From positions 4,397 through 68,396 of the forward strand of contig CAVIJD010000008.1 in assembly GCA_963643165.1 (NCBI GenBank): a stretch of DNA of 64,000 bases, in the 5' to 3' direction. The notes below the pieces were generated by a model. It was not told where the DNA came from and searched no databases. It saw nothing but the letters and a program-made list of their open reading frames with translations. Numbering within the stretch: the first letter of the stretch is position 1; each line of letters opens with the position of its first letter. This DNA is from a bacterium (lineage in GTDB: Bacteria > Bacteroidota > Bacteroidia > Bacteroidales > WCHB1-69). Both the position numbers and the translations under genes were made by a program. Below, in pieces: positions 10,522 through 21,161 of this stretch.

Positions 10522-12003
10522 CTATTTCAGCAGCCGGAAGAACTCCATCATCAAGTCCCAGCACATCTGGACGGTCTTGATTTCGAGTTTCTCGTCGGGT
10601 GAATGCACGCCGCGCATCGTGGGTCCAATGGACACCATGTCGAGTTCAGGGTACTTTTCGGCGATGAGTCCGCACTCCAAGCCAGCGTGGATAGCCAGCA
10701 CTTCGGGCTCTTTGTGGAACAGGTTGTGGTAAGCGTCCACCAGCACGCGGAGCACTTCAGAGTCGGGGTTCGGATTCCAGCCGGGATAGCCGTCGCCCGA
10801 CACCACATCGGCGCCCACCATCCAGAAAGCGGTGGACACGCGGTCGGCAATAGCCTGCTTCTTTGTTTCCACTGAGCTGCGCTGGCTGGTAGAGACTACA
10901 ATCTTGTCCCCTTTCTTCTTCACCGATGCCAGGTTCGTCGAAGTCTCCACAAAACCGGGAATGTCTTGCGACATGGCCTGCATGCCGTGAGGGCAAACCA
11001 GCAGGGCATTCAGCACATCAATCTGGAAAGTCTCCTCCAGCACCTTCTCGCACTTGTTGGCGGGGGTCATGGCAACGGCAACACCGCTGTCGGTTTTATG
11101 GAACTCGTTTTTGTAGGTGGCATCCATTTGGGACACATACTCGGCCAAAGCCTCGCGGTTGTGCGCGGGCACAGCCACCACAGCGTAGCCCTCGCGGGCG
11201 ATGGCGTTGTGCAGGTTGCCGGCCTGGATGTCGGCAATGCGGATGTCGTAGTCGCAATAGGCGTTCCACAGCACGCGGGTCAGCAGTTTCACGGCATTGC
11301 CGCGTCCCTTGTTGATGTCATCGCCGGAGTGCCCGCCTATCAGCCCGTTCACGGTGATGCGGCAGAACTCGTAGCCCTCGCCCTGCTCCTTGGCCAGGTC
11401 GTCAATGTCGTCGTATTCGCACGTCAGCGTGGCTATCGTGTCCTTGCCGCCGGCGCAGCCTATGAAGAACTGCCCCTCGTCTTCCGAGTCGAGGTTGACA
11501 AGCATCTTGCCTTTCAGGATGCCCGGCTCCAGCATCTTGGCGCCGGTAAGTCCCGTCTCCTCATCAACGGTAAAGAGGCACTCTAACGGACCGTGTTCCA
11601 GCGTCTTGTCCTCCATGATAGCCAATGCCATAGCAATGCCGATGCCGTCGTCGGCCCCGAGCGTGGTGCCCTTGGCCTTCAGCCATTCGCCGTCAACGTA
11701 AGTCTGGATGGCATCCTTTTCAAAGTCGAAGTTAACATCGTTGTTCTTCTCGCACACCATATCCATGTGGGCTTGCAAGATGACGGGCGTGACATTCTCC
11801 TTGCCGGGGGTTGCGGGCTTAGACATATACACGTTGCCGATCTTGTCGCGTTTCGTCTCAAGCCCCATAGCGAGGCCTGTTTTCTCGAGCCATTCCGACA
11901 TTCTGCCCTCTTTCTTGGACGGGCGTGGGATTTTCGTGATTTCGTTGAAAAACCGGAAAACGCTTTCCGGCTTCAGAGACAACATTTCATCGTTCATATT
12001 CAT
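10522..12003 (-). CDS. pepD: Aminoacyl-histidine (Xaa-His) dipeptidase, M20 family
   Basis: 493 aa with M20/PepD motifs (HMDMVCEKN, GADDGIGIAMALA, long dimerisation insert). Typical length. Confidence 0.9.
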   Translation of the reverse strand: MNMNDEMLSLKPESVFRFFNEITKIPRPSKKEGRMSEWLEKTGLAMGLETKRDKIGNVYMSKPATPGKENVTPVILQAHMDMVCEKNNDVNFDFEKDAIQTYVDGEWLKAKGTTLGADDGIGIAMALAIMEDKTLEHGPLECLFTVDEETGLTGAKMLEPGILKGKMLVNLDSEDEGQFFIGCAGGKDTIATLTCEYDDIDDLAKEQGEGYEFCRITVNGLIGGHSGDDINKGRGNAVKLLTRVLWNAYCDYDIRIADIQAGNLHNAIAREGYAVVAVPAHNREALAEYVSQMDATYKNEFHKTDSGVAVAMTPANKCEKVLEETFQIDVLNALLVCPHGMQAMSQDIPGFVETSTNLASVKKKGDKIVVSTSQRSSVETKKQAIADRVSTAFWMVGADVVSGDGYPGWNPNPDSEVLRVLVDAYHNLFHKEPEVLAIHAGLECGLIAEKYPELDMVSIGPTMRGVHSPDEKLEIKTVQMCWDLMMEFFRLLK

Positions 12004-12042
12004 TTGTGTTTTAAGTTATTGTCAGCGTTAAAAAAAGCGGGG

Positions 12043-12050
12043 CAAACTTA
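12043..12050 (-). promoter_or_regulatory. Bacteroidetes -7 box (TAagTTTG) for pepD
   Basis: CAAACTTA on the + strand equals TAAGTTTG on the - strand, matching the TAnnTTTG consensus. It lies 40 nt upstream of the pepD ATG (12003). Confidence 0.4.
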
Positions 12051-12086
12051 CACAAAAAAATTGATTTCTCACTTCATTATTTTTCG

Positions 12087-12094
12087 TAGGTTTG
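12087..12094 (+). promoter_or_regulatory. Bacteroidetes -7 box (TAggTTTG)
   Basis: TAGGTTTG lies 25 nt upstream of the ATG at 12119. It overlaps the ORF-track start at 12092, which argues for 12119 as the true start. Confidence 0.45.
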
Positions 12095-12118
12095 CATCTC
12101 TTAAAAAAAAGGCTGACT

Positions 12119-14038
12119 ATGACTGTTTTAAAACACCCTCTGCTACTGCTCACCCTGCTGTGCCTCCCATGTCTTCGGCTTTTTGCCCAGTCCGCATACG
12201 ACGGCTACGACAAAGTAACCCTCTACGACAGCGTCTTTGTACACGTAGAGGAGAGCGGCATGAGCCTCGTGACGGAGCACTGCCAATACCGGGTCCTGAC
12301 TCTGTCAGGGGCGCGCGACTACAGCACCGTGAAGGCCGACTATGACCCGCTGACGGCTTTTGCCGAGATACGGCAGGCCATCGTGCGCCGCCACAACGGC
12401 ACAGTTGACACCATCGACAATGCCGAGTTCGACTATCCCGCGCCGGCACGGATGATCTACTGGGGCGCACGCCAGAAGATGGTAGCCTTGGGGCGGCTCG
12501 AGCCGGGCGACACGGTAGAGTTCACCACCTTCCGCAAAGGCTTCACCTATGCCCTGCTGCACCACGGCGGCGAGGACGACAAATACGTCCCCCCGATGCG
12601 CGGCCACTTTTACGACATCGTGCCCTTTTACAGCAACCAGCCCGTGATGCGGAAAGTGTACCAGATTGACATCCCCACCGCCAAAAACACACGTTATGCC
12701 GTCTATAACGGGCAGTTGGAATGCCGCCGCGAGGAGAAGGGGGCACGCACCCTGTTCACCTTCACCAAAGAGAACATCATGCCCCTGCAAAAGTCCCGTT
12801 ACACCTTAGCGGACAACGACATACAGACAAAGCTCATCCTCACCACCACCGCCACGTGGCAAGAGAAGTCCAAATGGTTTTACCGTGTAAACGAAGACTA
12901 CGGCAGTTTCACGCCCACCGAGGAGGCGAAAGCGAAGGTAAACGAACTGCTGCGCCGTGCCCGCAGCGAGAACGACAGCATTGCCATCCTCACGCACTGG
13001 GTGGCCGACAACATGCGCTACTCGGGCATCTCCATGGGCGAGGGCGAGGGCTACACGCTGCACCGTTGCGGCATGAACTTCACCGACCGCTGCGGGGTCT
13101 GCAAAGACAAGGCCGGGCTATTGATCGCCATGCTCCGTGCCGCGGGCTTTGAGGCATACGCGGCTATGACAATGGCGGGCGAGCGCATCGAGGATCTCCC
13201 CGCCGACCAGTTCAACCATTGCGTGGCCGTCGTGAAACGGCGCAACGGCAACTACCAGTTGCTTGACCCCACCTGGGTGCCGGGCGTGCGCGAGCTCTGG
13301 TCGAGCGCCGAACAGCAGCAATACTTTCTGATGGGCCTCCCCGACGGCGCCGGGCTCCGCTGCACGCCCGTGTCGAAAGCCGAGAACCACTACCTGAAGA
13401 TGACCGCGCGCACCAAGGTGACCCGTGACGGCAGACTCAAAGGCACCGTCACCGTGACCGCCGAGGGACAGTCGGACCGCACCGTGCGCCGCCTGTTCAG
13501 CGGCAGCCGCGCCGAATGGGAAGCGTCTGTCTGCAACCAATTCTACCGTCTTTACCCTAACGCCACGCTTCACGCCGTGCGCTACAGCGACGAAGACCGT
13601 TACTTGGAGCATCCTGTCAGCATCACCTACCGCTTCACCATCCCCGGCTACGCCACCGTCAGCAACAAAGAGCTCATCGTCACGCCGTTGCTCGCCAAAG
13701 GCTTCATGACCTTCACCATGCGGCATCTCTACTTCGACGAGAGCGAAGAGACGCGGCAGCACCCTTTCCAGGATGCCTGCTCACGCTACGTGCAACTGTC
13801 TGAAACCCTGTCGTTGCCCTACGGGTACACCTCCGCGAGCATTCCCGTTGACCGTTCCTTCCAGGAAACGGCCGCCGCCTTTGACGGCGGGTACGAACTT
13901 GAGAACTCCAAGTTAACCTTCAACGAGAGAATATGGCTCAAGAAGCGCGTATATGAGGCCGCCGACTGGCCGTCATACCGCAAAGCCGTCGCCAACCAGC
14001 GCTTCTTCATGACCACGCCCGTAGTGCTGAGCAAATGA
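12119..14038 (+). CDS. Secreted transglutaminase-like protein (DUF3857-type N-terminus plus transglutaminase core)
   Basis: Signal peptide MTVLKHPLLLLTLLCLPCLRLFAQ. Cys-His-Asp core context CGVCKDKAGLLIAMLRAAGF ... NHCVAVV ... LLDPTW. Confidence 0.75.
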   Translation: MTVLKHPLLLLTLLCLPCLRLFAQSAYDGYDKVTLYDSVFVHVEESGMSLVTEHCQYRVLTLSGARDYSTVKADYDPLTAFAEIRQAIVRRHNGTVDTIDNAEFDYPAPARMIYWGARQKMVALGRLEPGDTVEFTTFRKGFTYALLHHGGEDDKYVPPMRGHFYDIVPFYSNQPVMRKVYQIDIPTAKNTRYAVYNGQLECRREEKGARTLFTFTKENIMPLQKSRYTLADNDIQTKLILTTTATWQEKSKWFYRVNEDYGSFTPTEEAKAKVNELLRRARSENDSIAILTHWVADNMRYSGISMGEGEGYTLHRCGMNFTDRCGVCKDKAGLLIAMLRAAGFEAYAAMTMAGERIEDLPADQFNHCVAVVKRRNGNYQLLDPTWVPGVRELWSSAEQQQYFLMGLPDGAGLRCTPVSKAENHYLKMTARTKVTRDGRLKGTVTVTAEGQSDRTVRRLFSGSRAEWEASVCNQFYRLYPNATLHAVRYSDEDRYLEHPVSITYRFTIPGYATVSNKELIVTPLLAKGFMTFTMRHLYFDESEETRQHPFQDACSRYVQLSETLSLPYGYTSASIPVDRSFQETAAAFDGGYELENSKLTFNERIWLKKRVYEAADWPSYRKAVANQRFFMTTPVVLSK

Positions 14039-14250
14039 GGCGAGAAAAGACTTGGAATAATCACAGAAATGCACAATTATAATGCTTCCCATTTTTAGAC
14101 CTCCCCGTAAAGGAAACCGTTTACGAAAACCTACAAAGAATACCTTAAGTCTCAAGCTCAAAAATTATCCAAACTTTAATTATGTCAGTAATAGTTCCTC
14201 CGATAAAGTCTCAGGGAATAAAGACTAAACTTGTTCCTTGGATAAACAAT

Positions 14251-15921
14251 ATGAAAAAAATCGCGTTGTTCATCCTGCTGCTCGCGCTCTCGGCCCCCGC
14301 TTTTGCCAAAGAGAAACACGATGCCCGCTATCTTAAAGTTTCGCGGTCCTACAGCCTGAATGAAGACGGCAGCCTCGACTTCCGTTTCCGCAAAGAGCTG
14401 CAACTTTTTACCACCGCCTCGTTTGACACCTACGGCGAAACGTTCATCCTCTACAATCCCGAGTTTGAGACGCTCACCGTCAACGAGTCCTACACGCGGC
14501 TTCCCGACGGACGCACTGTGACGACACCCGCCAATGCCCTCAATGCCGTGCTGCCCTCCTCGTGTGCCGACTGTGCCCGTTTCAACGCCGTGCGCGAGAT
14601 GGTGGTCACACACACCGCCCTCGAGACCGGCGCCGTCATCGTGCTCGACTACACTATCCACACACCACACCCCTACTTCCAAGAGTTGGCACAGCGAGTC
14701 CCGATTTGCGAGGAGGTGCCCGTTGACACCCTGCTGCTCGCCGTGACCCTGCCCGACAACCGCACCCTGCACTATGACCTGCACTCGTCAAGGCTGCCGG
14801 CAACGCCTGCCGAAAGCGCCGGCAACGGAACCCGCACCCTCACCTGGACTTTCACCAACACGGCCGCCGCGTCGCACAACCGCTACCTGCCCGACAACTA
14901 CAACCCCTACGTCCTGCTCTCCACCTTTGACCGCCCCGGCGACTTCTTGACACGCCTCTCACTGCAGCAGGCCTTTATGCCCCCGGTGCAGAAACTGCTC
15001 CCGCAACTGCCGGACGAGACCCTCCGCAACGCCACCGACCCCCTCGACACCATAACGGCCCTGCACCATTTTGTGTACCGCTACATCCGCACCAACCACG
15101 TGCCCATGCACTGCATGAACTTCATCATAGCCTCGCCAGCCACCGTATTGAACACCGGCTGCGCCACCCCCTTTGAGAAGAACCTCTTGCTGCACACGCT
15201 GCTGAAAGAGGCCGGCTATGCCTCCGAAATCGGCATCCTGGCACAAACGTTGACCGGCGAGCCCGAGGGACTTCTGCAAGTCAACGCTGGCGGCGCGGCG
15301 CGCTACCTCTCCGCCAACGAGCCCTTTGAGTGCGCCGCCGCACAGGGCCAATGCGAGGGGCGTTTCATAACCCTAAGCGGCCGCGAAGAGGAGATGACCC
15401 GGAAGCCGCACCGCCTGGAACTGCTCGCCGACCTCCACATTGCCGCCGAAAAAGGACACTATAAAGTCGGGGGCGACCTCCGCAAGTCAGAGAGCGCCGG
15501 CATACCCGCCGCCACAGTCGCCGCCGTGCCCAACGGCAACTGTGCTGCCGTGTCGCACCTCAGCGGCAACTACTACGCCCTGACCCTCACCCACCCCGAC
15601 GGCAGCAACGACATGCAAGCGGCACTGCTCCCCCTCAAGGGCGAGACTCCCGTGCAAGTAAATCAGACCGACGAATGTTGCACCTACACCGTCGCCCTGC
15701 CCGCGGGCGAACAGTGGGTAAGTCCGCCGTTCTTGTACGAGAAAAGCTGCGACTTTGGCGCCACACGCATCAAAACGTCAACCGACAACGGAAAACTCAC
15801 CATAACAAGGCAGTTGACCTTGCAGGCGACCGTCCTCGAGAGCAAGAAAGAGTTACGGCAGTTGCGCGAAATGATGGGTGAATGGAACGCAAAACGCGAA
15901 TACATATTCAAACAGCAATGA
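14251..15921 (+). CDS. Secreted DUF3857-like protein, partner of the transglutaminase-like gene
   Basis: Start chosen at MKKIALFILLLALSAPAFA (signal peptide). The N-terminal region has the same pattern as the preceding gene. The transglutaminase-like segment (CATPFEKNLLLHTLLKEAGY) appears degenerate. Family call is tentative. Confidence 0.5.
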   Translation: MKKIALFILLLALSAPAFAKEKHDARYLKVSRSYSLNEDGSLDFRFRKELQLFTTASFDTYGETFILYNPEFETLTVNESYTRLPDGRTVTTPANALNAVLPSSCADCARFNAVREMVVTHTALETGAVIVLDYTIHTPHPYFQELAQRVPICEEVPVDTLLLAVTLPDNRTLHYDLHSSRLPATPAESAGNGTRTLTWTFTNTAAASHNRYLPDNYNPYVLLSTFDRPGDFLTRLSLQQAFMPPVQKLLPQLPDETLRNATDPLDTITALHHFVYRYIRTNHVPMHCMNFIIASPATVLNTGCATPFEKNLLLHTLLKEAGYASEIGILAQTLTGEPEGLLQVNAGGAARYLSANEPFECAAAQGQCEGRFITLSGREEEMTRKPHRLELLADLHIAAEKGHYKVGGDLRKSESAGIPAATVAAVPNGNCAAVSHLSGNYYALTLTHPDGSNDMQAALLPLKGETPVQVNQTDECCTYTVALPAGEQWVSPPFLYEKSCDFGATRIKTSTDNGKLTITRQLTLQATVLESKKELRQLREMMGEWNAKREYIFKQQ

Positions 15922-17915
15922 GCACACAAAGTTTCACCCCCGAACTGGTGCGCCAAGACGCGCTGCTCAAGCCCTACACGCGGCAGTTACAGCAGCGTCG
16001 TGAGCGCGCCGCCCTCCGCGAGTTGGAACTCACCGACGGCAAACGCACCCTCGCCGACATCGCCAACGGGCATCTCTACTACGGACTGCACCGCACCGCC
16101 CAAGGGTGGGTGTTTCGCGAAAAAGCACCCAACGCCAAGGCACTCTACCTCTACGGCGACTTCTCGCACTGGCAAGTGAAGCCCGAATTTGCCTTGTACC
16201 CTATCGGCAACGGCGACTGGGAGATCACGTTGCCCGACTTCTGCCTCAAGCACACCATGCTCTACAAGCTGTGGATGGTGTGGCAGTCGGGGGCCGACGA
16301 GCGGCTGCCCGCCTACGCCACCCGTGTGGTGCAAGACGAGCAGACCAAAGTGTTCTGCGCCCAAGTGTGGGAACCGGAGCCCTACCGTTGGCAATGGCAA
16401 TGGGATGCGCCTGCCAAGCCGCGTCACCCACTCATCTATGAGGCGCACGTGGGCATGTCGTCAGAAGAGGCCAAAATCTCGTCCTACTGGGAGTTCAAAG
16501 AGACCGTGTTGCCCCGCATCAGCGACCTTGGCTACAACACCTTGCAGCTGATGGCAGTGCAAGAGCATCCCTACTATGGCTCGTTTGGCTATCAAGTGGC
16601 CAACTTCTTCGCCCCCTCGTCGCGGTTCGGCACCCCCGAAGAGCTCAAGGAACTCATCGACACCGCCCACCGTTACGGCATCGCCGTCATCCTCGACCTC
16701 GTACACTCCCACTCCGTCAGCAACGCCAAAGAGGGGCTCGGACTGTTTGACGGACGCGACGACCTCTACTTCCACACCGGCGAGCGCGGCAAGCATCCCG
16801 TGTGGGACTCGCGCTGCTTTGACTACGGCAAACAGGAAACCTTGCTCTTCCTGCTCGCCAACCTCAAATACTGGCTGCAGGAGTTCCGCTTCGACGGTTT
16901 TCGCTTTGACGGCGTCACCAGCCTCTGCTACAAAGACCACGGCATCGGCACCGACTTTCTGGACTACAGCCAATACTTCGACCCCAACGTCGATGAAGAC
17001 GGCCTCGTCTATCTCACCATGGCCAACAGGCTCATCCGGCAGGTAAACCCGCAGGCACTCACCATCGCCGAAGACGTGAGTGGCATGCCCGGCATGGCTT
17101 GGCCGGCAGAGAAAGGAGGCATCGGCTTCGACTTCCGCATGTCGATGGGCATTGCCGACTTCTGGACCAAGACCGTCAAGAGCGTGCCGGACGAGGCGTG
17201 GAACCCCGGCGAGATCTATTTCCGGCTGACCGACAAACGCCACGAAGAAGAGACCATCTCCTACGCCGAGTGCCACGACCAGGCCATGGTAGGCGACCAG
17301 ACGCTCATCTTCAGAATGGCTGGGGCCAAAATCTACGACTGCATGTCGGCAAGCACGCCCGACCTCAGCACCGACCGGGCCATAGCCTTGCATAAGGTCA
17401 TCCGGCTGGCCACCCTCTCCCTGGCTTCGGGCGGCTACCTCAACTTCATGGGCAACGAGTTCGGGCACCCCGAGTGGATTGACTTCCCGCGGGAGGGCAA
17501 CGGCTGGTCGTGCCGCTATGCCCGCCGGCAATGGCACCTTGCCGACGACAAAGGGCTGAAATATGCCGGCCTCTACCGCTTTGACCACGACATGATACAC
17601 TGCGCCACAGAACTGCATCTGCTGGAAGAGCCTCCTGCCAAGTGGCACGAGCACATCAGCAACCAGGTGCTGGCGTTCGTGCGCGGCAGGTGCCTCATCG
17701 TCTTCAACTTCAATCCTGTGCAATCCTTTGCCGGCTATGAACTGCCCTGTTTGGAGGGCACATACCGCATCGCCTTGAACAGCGACGACACCCGCTATGG
17801 CGGCTTCGGCAACGTGGATGACCGCGTGGCATTCCGCTCCTACACGCGCGACGGGGGCAGCCACATACGGCTCTACCTGCCCTGCCGCACTGGACTGCTG
17901 CTGGTCAGAGATTAA
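15918..17915 (+). CDS. glgB: 1,4-alpha-glucan branching enzyme (GH13)
   Basis: GH13 catalytic motifs (ILDLVHSH, FRFDGVTS, EDVSGMP, GNEFGHPEW). The ATG at 15918 forms an ATGA overlap with the upstream stop. Confidence 0.9.
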   Translation: MSTQSFTPELVRQDALLKPYTRQLQQRRERAALRELELTDGKRTLADIANGHLYYGLHRTAQGWVFREKAPNAKALYLYGDFSHWQVKPEFALYPIGNGDWEITLPDFCLKHTMLYKLWMVWQSGADERLPAYATRVVQDEQTKVFCAQVWEPEPYRWQWQWDAPAKPRHPLIYEAHVGMSSEEAKISSYWEFKETVLPRISDLGYNTLQLMAVQEHPYYGSFGYQVANFFAPSSRFGTPEELKELIDTAHRYGIAVILDLVHSHSVSNAKEGLGLFDGRDDLYFHTGERGKHPVWDSRCFDYGKQETLLFLLANLKYWLQEFRFDGFRFDGVTSLCYKDHGIGTDFLDYSQYFDPNVDEDGLVYLTMANRLIRQVNPQALTIAEDVSGMPGMAWPAEKGGIGFDFRMSMGIADFWTKTVKSVPDEAWNPGEIYFRLTDKRHEEETISYAECHDQAMVGDQTLIFRMAGAKIYDCMSASTPDLSTDRAIALHKVIRLATLSLASGGYLNFMGNEFGHPEWIDFPREGNGWSCRYARRQWHLADDKGLKYAGLYRFDHDMIHCATELHLLEEPPAKWHEHISNQVLAFVRGRCLIVFNFNPVQSFAGYELPCLEGTYRIALNSDDTRYGGFGNVDDRVAFRSYTRDGGSHIRLYLPCRTGLLLVRD

Positions 17916-17933
17916 AATCCGCCCCTGCGCACA

Positions 17934-18006
17934 AGCCTCCGGCTGACGTAAGACTTAATTAGGAATGTGTGAGGCGTGACGCTTTGCATTCTAAATTCTA
18001 CATTCT
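17934..18006. repeat. Intergenic repeat family R1, copy A
   Basis: agcctccggctgacgtaagactt...cattctaaattctacattct. Both end blocks are near-identical to copy B (27766-27836). Sits between the convergent glgB and the Ca-ATPase gene. Confidence 0.7.
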
Positions 18007-18028
18007 TTTTTGCGGGTCGGGTGTCTGA

Positions 18029-20947
18029 TTATCTTTTGCGGCGGAACAGGCGAATGAACTCCCCTATCCACAACACAAACGAGGTCAGCACTATGATTAT
18101 CAACCAGTCCAGCGTCTTCACACCGCCCTCGGCAATGTTAAACATCACCTGAAGACCGGGGATTTCTGTGATGGCAATCTGTCCGAAGAGGATGACCATA
18201 GCTATGACGATGAACAATTTGGTGTTCTTCCACGACATTCCTTTCGAAGCAAAATCATTAGTCATGAAAGCCTTGGCATTGAAGAGGTTCCAGAACTGCA
18301 GCATCACGAAGATGGTGAAGAAGAGGCCGAGTTCGTAGGGTGAGAGACCGTCGAAGGCACCCCACCTGACGTTGCCGCTGAGCACGTCAGCAAGGTTGGT
18401 GACATCGGCGTGCTGGAAGAAGAACAAGATGGTCAGCAGGATAGCGGTAAAGATGCCGCCCACGGCCAGAATATTGGCACCCATTCCTTTGAGAATGTGC
18501 TCGTTGACAGAGCGAGGCTGCTCGTCCATCACCTTCTTGGTAGGCGGCAGCGATGCGAGGGCGAGGGCTGCAAACGTGTCCATAATCAGGTTCACCCAAA
18601 GCATCTGCGTGACAGTAAGCGGCGACTCCGTGCCGACAAACGCACCGATAGCCACAATGAGGCTGGCCACCACGTTCACCGTCATCTGGAACAGGATAAA
18701 ACGCTTGATGTTCTTGTAGAGCGACCGTCCCCACATCACGGCGTTGGCTATGGTTGCGAAAGAGTTGTCGAGGATAGTCATGTCGCTGGCCTCCTTGGCC
18801 ACGGAGGTACCATCGCCCATAGAGAGTCCCACATTGGCGGCGTTGAGGGCGGGGGCGTCGTTTGTGCCGTCGCCGGTAACCGCCACCACCATGTCCATAT
18901 CCTTAAGCATACGAACGATACGTTCTTTGTCGTTGGGGCGGGCGCGGGAGATGATCTTCACCTTTGCGATACGTTCGCGCAGTTCGTCATCGTTCATGGC
19001 GCAGATGTCGGCACCGGTCATGATATTCTCTTCGGTGTCAGTGTCTTGCCAGAGGCCGAGTTGGCGGCCTATTTCCTTGGCCGTGCCCGGGGCATCGCCC
19101 GTGACGATCTTGACCTGGATGCCGGCCTTGGAGCAGTCTTCGATGGCGGCGGGCACATCGGCGCGAACCGGGTCTTCGATGCCCGCCACGCCCATCAGCG
19201 TCAGGTCGTTGATGTTGAGTTTGCCGTCGATGATGATATTGTCATTTTCGCCAACCTCCTTATAGGCAAACGCCAGTGTTCGGTTAGCGTGACTTTGGTA
19301 GTCGGCGAGGATAGTTTCATAGCGTTTTTTCTCCTCGGGGGTGATGGTACACATGCCCAACAGGATGTCGGGGGCGCCTTTAACGTACACCACCCTGCCG
19401 CCTGTGACTTGCGATTTGACCACCGTGGCCATGTATTTGAGTTCCGTAGTAAACTGGATGCGGTCGATGACGGGCACCTCCTCACGCACGTCGAGGTAGT
19501 TGATGCCGTTGCGGTTCAGCCAAAGGAGCAGAGCGCCCTCGGTAGGGTTGCCGATAGCCTTGATTTTGGAAGCGTCGGCAAAGTCGAGGTTAGCGGTCGT
19601 ATTCACGGCTATGCACTCCTTGAGCAGTGCGGAGGGGCGGTCGGTGCCGGAGAGGTCTTGGCCCTGGATGCCGTCAAAGTTGGCGTTCACCACCCTCATC
19701 TGGTTCTGTGTCAGCGTGCCTGTCTTATCGGAGCAGATCACGGAGACGGCGCCCATCGTTTCGCAGGCGTGCATCGTGCGAGGCAGCGTATTCTGCTTCA
19801 TCAGCCGTTTCATGCTGAAAGCGAGGCTGAGAGTCACGGCCATCGGCAGTCCTTCGGGCACAGAGACGACCACGAGGGTCACGGCGATCATGAACGAATT
19901 GAGGACATAGCTCACGAAATTGACCCATCCGTCGGGGGTGCCGAGTTGGATATTGCCATTGAGGGCATACACGAGGATGCGGCCCACGATAATCAGGACA
20001 GCCACGCCGTAGCTCACCTTAGTGATGATTTTGGCGAGTTGGTCGAGTTTCTCGCTCAGGGGGGTGGCCTCGCCGTCTCTGACCTGGGCGGCCACAAACA
20101 CCTGGCCGCAGGCGGTAGCGTCGCCCACCGCGAACACGCGAGCCACGCAGTCGCCCTCCATCACCGTACAGCCTTTCATAATATGGTTAGAGGGGTAAGT
20201 GGCGTCCTTGTCGAACTCGGCCGCTACGGTAGTCTTGGCGCACTGCGGTTCACCGGTAAGTGACGACTCGTTCATATTGAGGTTCATGCACTCCAGCAGT
20301 TCCGCGTCGGCGGGCACCTCCTCGCCGGCCTCGAGCATGATAATGTCGCCCACCACCACATCGCGGCGGGGTATTTGGCACACATTGCTATTGCGGATCA
20401 CCTTGACGAGCGTATCATCGTTCACCTCGTTAAGGCTTTTGAACGTCTTCTCGTTCTGGCTTTCGAGGATATGCGCCACGGCGGTAGCGAGCAGCACGGC
20501 GGCGGCGATACCGATAGGTTCGAGGTAGGGTTTCCAGCCTGCCACGCCCCCGAACACGCCCTCATAGAACGAGATGCCGCCGGAGAGGAGCAGGGCGAAG
20601 AGGAGAATCGTAAAGAGGGGATCCATCGAAAACTTGCGGTTCTCCTTGTCCCACGTGCCACCGAGGTAGGCCACAACGTAGGTGAGGAGTGTAAGGACGA
20701 AAGTGAGAACGGGGGCAATCCAGAGACCCTCATGGGTGGAGATGCCGGTGAGCGGCAGCGCAACAGCGGCGGCGGCCGCCAGCACGAACACGCAGATATA
20801 GACCTTGATGAGCCAGAAATGCAGGCAGTTGCGAATTTTCTCCCACACGGGAACCTCCGCAGGCGGAGTCAGCACATTGGCACCATGTTTGAGGCGACTT
20901 TCCGACACTTCGACGTCAGACAAGCCCGAGTAATGATTTTTAGACAT
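18029..20947 (-). CDS. Calcium-translocating P-type ATPase (P2 type)
   Basis: 972 aa with DKTGTLT phosphorylation motif, TGDGTNDAPAL hinge, TGES-type actuator (LTGEP) and about 10 TM segments. Confidence 0.9.
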   Translation of the reverse strand: MSKNHYSGLSDVEVSESRLKHGANVLTPPAEVPVWEKIRNCLHFWLIKVYICVFVLAAAAAVALPLTGISTHEGLWIAPVLTFVLTLLTYVVAYLGGTWDKENRKFSMDPLFTILLFALLLSGGISFYEGVFGGVAGWKPYLEPIGIAAAVLLATAVAHILESQNEKTFKSLNEVNDDTLVKVIRNSNVCQIPRRDVVVGDIIMLEAGEEVPADAELLECMNLNMNESSLTGEPQCAKTTVAAEFDKDATYPSNHIMKGCTVMEGDCVARVFAVGDATACGQVFVAAQVRDGEATPLSEKLDQLAKIITKVSYGVAVLIIVGRILVYALNGNIQLGTPDGWVNFVSYVLNSFMIAVTLVVVSVPEGLPMAVTLSLAFSMKRLMKQNTLPRTMHACETMGAVSVICSDKTGTLTQNQMRVVNANFDGIQGQDLSGTDRPSALLKECIAVNTTANLDFADASKIKAIGNPTEGALLLWLNRNGINYLDVREEVPVIDRIQFTTELKYMATVVKSQVTGGRVVYVKGAPDILLGMCTITPEEKKRYETILADYQSHANRTLAFAYKEVGENDNIIIDGKLNINDLTLMGVAGIEDPVRADVPAAIEDCSKAGIQVKIVTGDAPGTAKEIGRQLGLWQDTDTEENIMTGADICAMNDDELRERIAKVKIISRARPNDKERIVRMLKDMDMVVAVTGDGTNDAPALNAANVGLSMGDGTSVAKEASDMTILDNSFATIANAVMWGRSLYKNIKRFILFQMTVNVVASLIVAIGAFVGTESPLTVTQMLWVNLIMDTFAALALASLPPTKKVMDEQPRSVNEHILKGMGANILAVGGIFTAILLTILFFFQHADVTNLADVLSGNVRWGAFDGLSPYELGLFFTIFVMLQFWNLFNAKAFMTNDFASKGMSWKNTKLFIVIAMVILFGQIAITEIPGLQVMFNIAEGGVKTLDWLIIIVLTSFVLWIGEFIRLFRRKR

Positions 20948-21022
20948 TTGGAAAACTGTTTTATTTTATAGTTATTAATAATCACGCACATCGTCCGGCC
21001 ACACTTCTCCCCCAAAAGGCGG

Positions 21023-21030
21023 CAAAGATA
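21023..21030 (-). promoter_or_regulatory. -7 box (TAtcTTTG) upstream of the Ca-ATPase gene
   Basis: CAAAGATA on the + strand equals TATCTTTG on the - strand. About 75 nt upstream of the ATG at 20947. Confidence 0.35.
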
Positions 21031-21053
21031 AAAATTTTTCCCACCCACGGCTT

Positions 21054-21090
21054 CTGCACGAATGCAGAATGCGGAATGTAGAATGTAGGG
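21054..21090. repeat. Heptad repeat block R2 (GAATGY units), copy A
   Basis: ctgcacgaatgcagaatgcggaatgtagaatgtaggg aligns position by position with 42537-42575 (ctgcacgaatgttgaatgcagtatgttgaatgttgagcc). Confidence 0.65.
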
Positions 21091-21161
21091 CGTTCCGCGC
21101 AATTCACTCCAAAAGTCGTAAATATGCAGGGGATTGTGCATGGGGCAAATTCCCCAATCGT

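Noticed and set aside
10431-10564. N-terminal 45 codons of ORF 9824-10564 (MLGLDDGVLPAAEIAGAYNESREQWRRNEPPLLPFF...)
   Set aside because: This stretch overlaps the pepD 3' end and is a literal translation of the two terminator hairpins. It is not part of the ATPase remnant.
16461-17864. 467-aa ORF antisense to glgB, and similar antisense ORFs at 8336-9061, 13118-13762, 30069-30977, 40788-41783, 53002-53946, 56274-57083 and 59301-60038
   Set aside because: All lie inside genes with strong motif support on the other strand and have Ala/Gly/Val/Arg-rich antisense-type composition.
18410-20263. 617-aa ORF on the + strand opposite the Ca-ATPase gene
   Set aside because: It is a shadow ORF of a GC-rich gene. 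The sequence is low-complexity (H/G/V/A/R-rich) with no motifs, and the opposite strand carries unmistakable P-type ATPase motifs.
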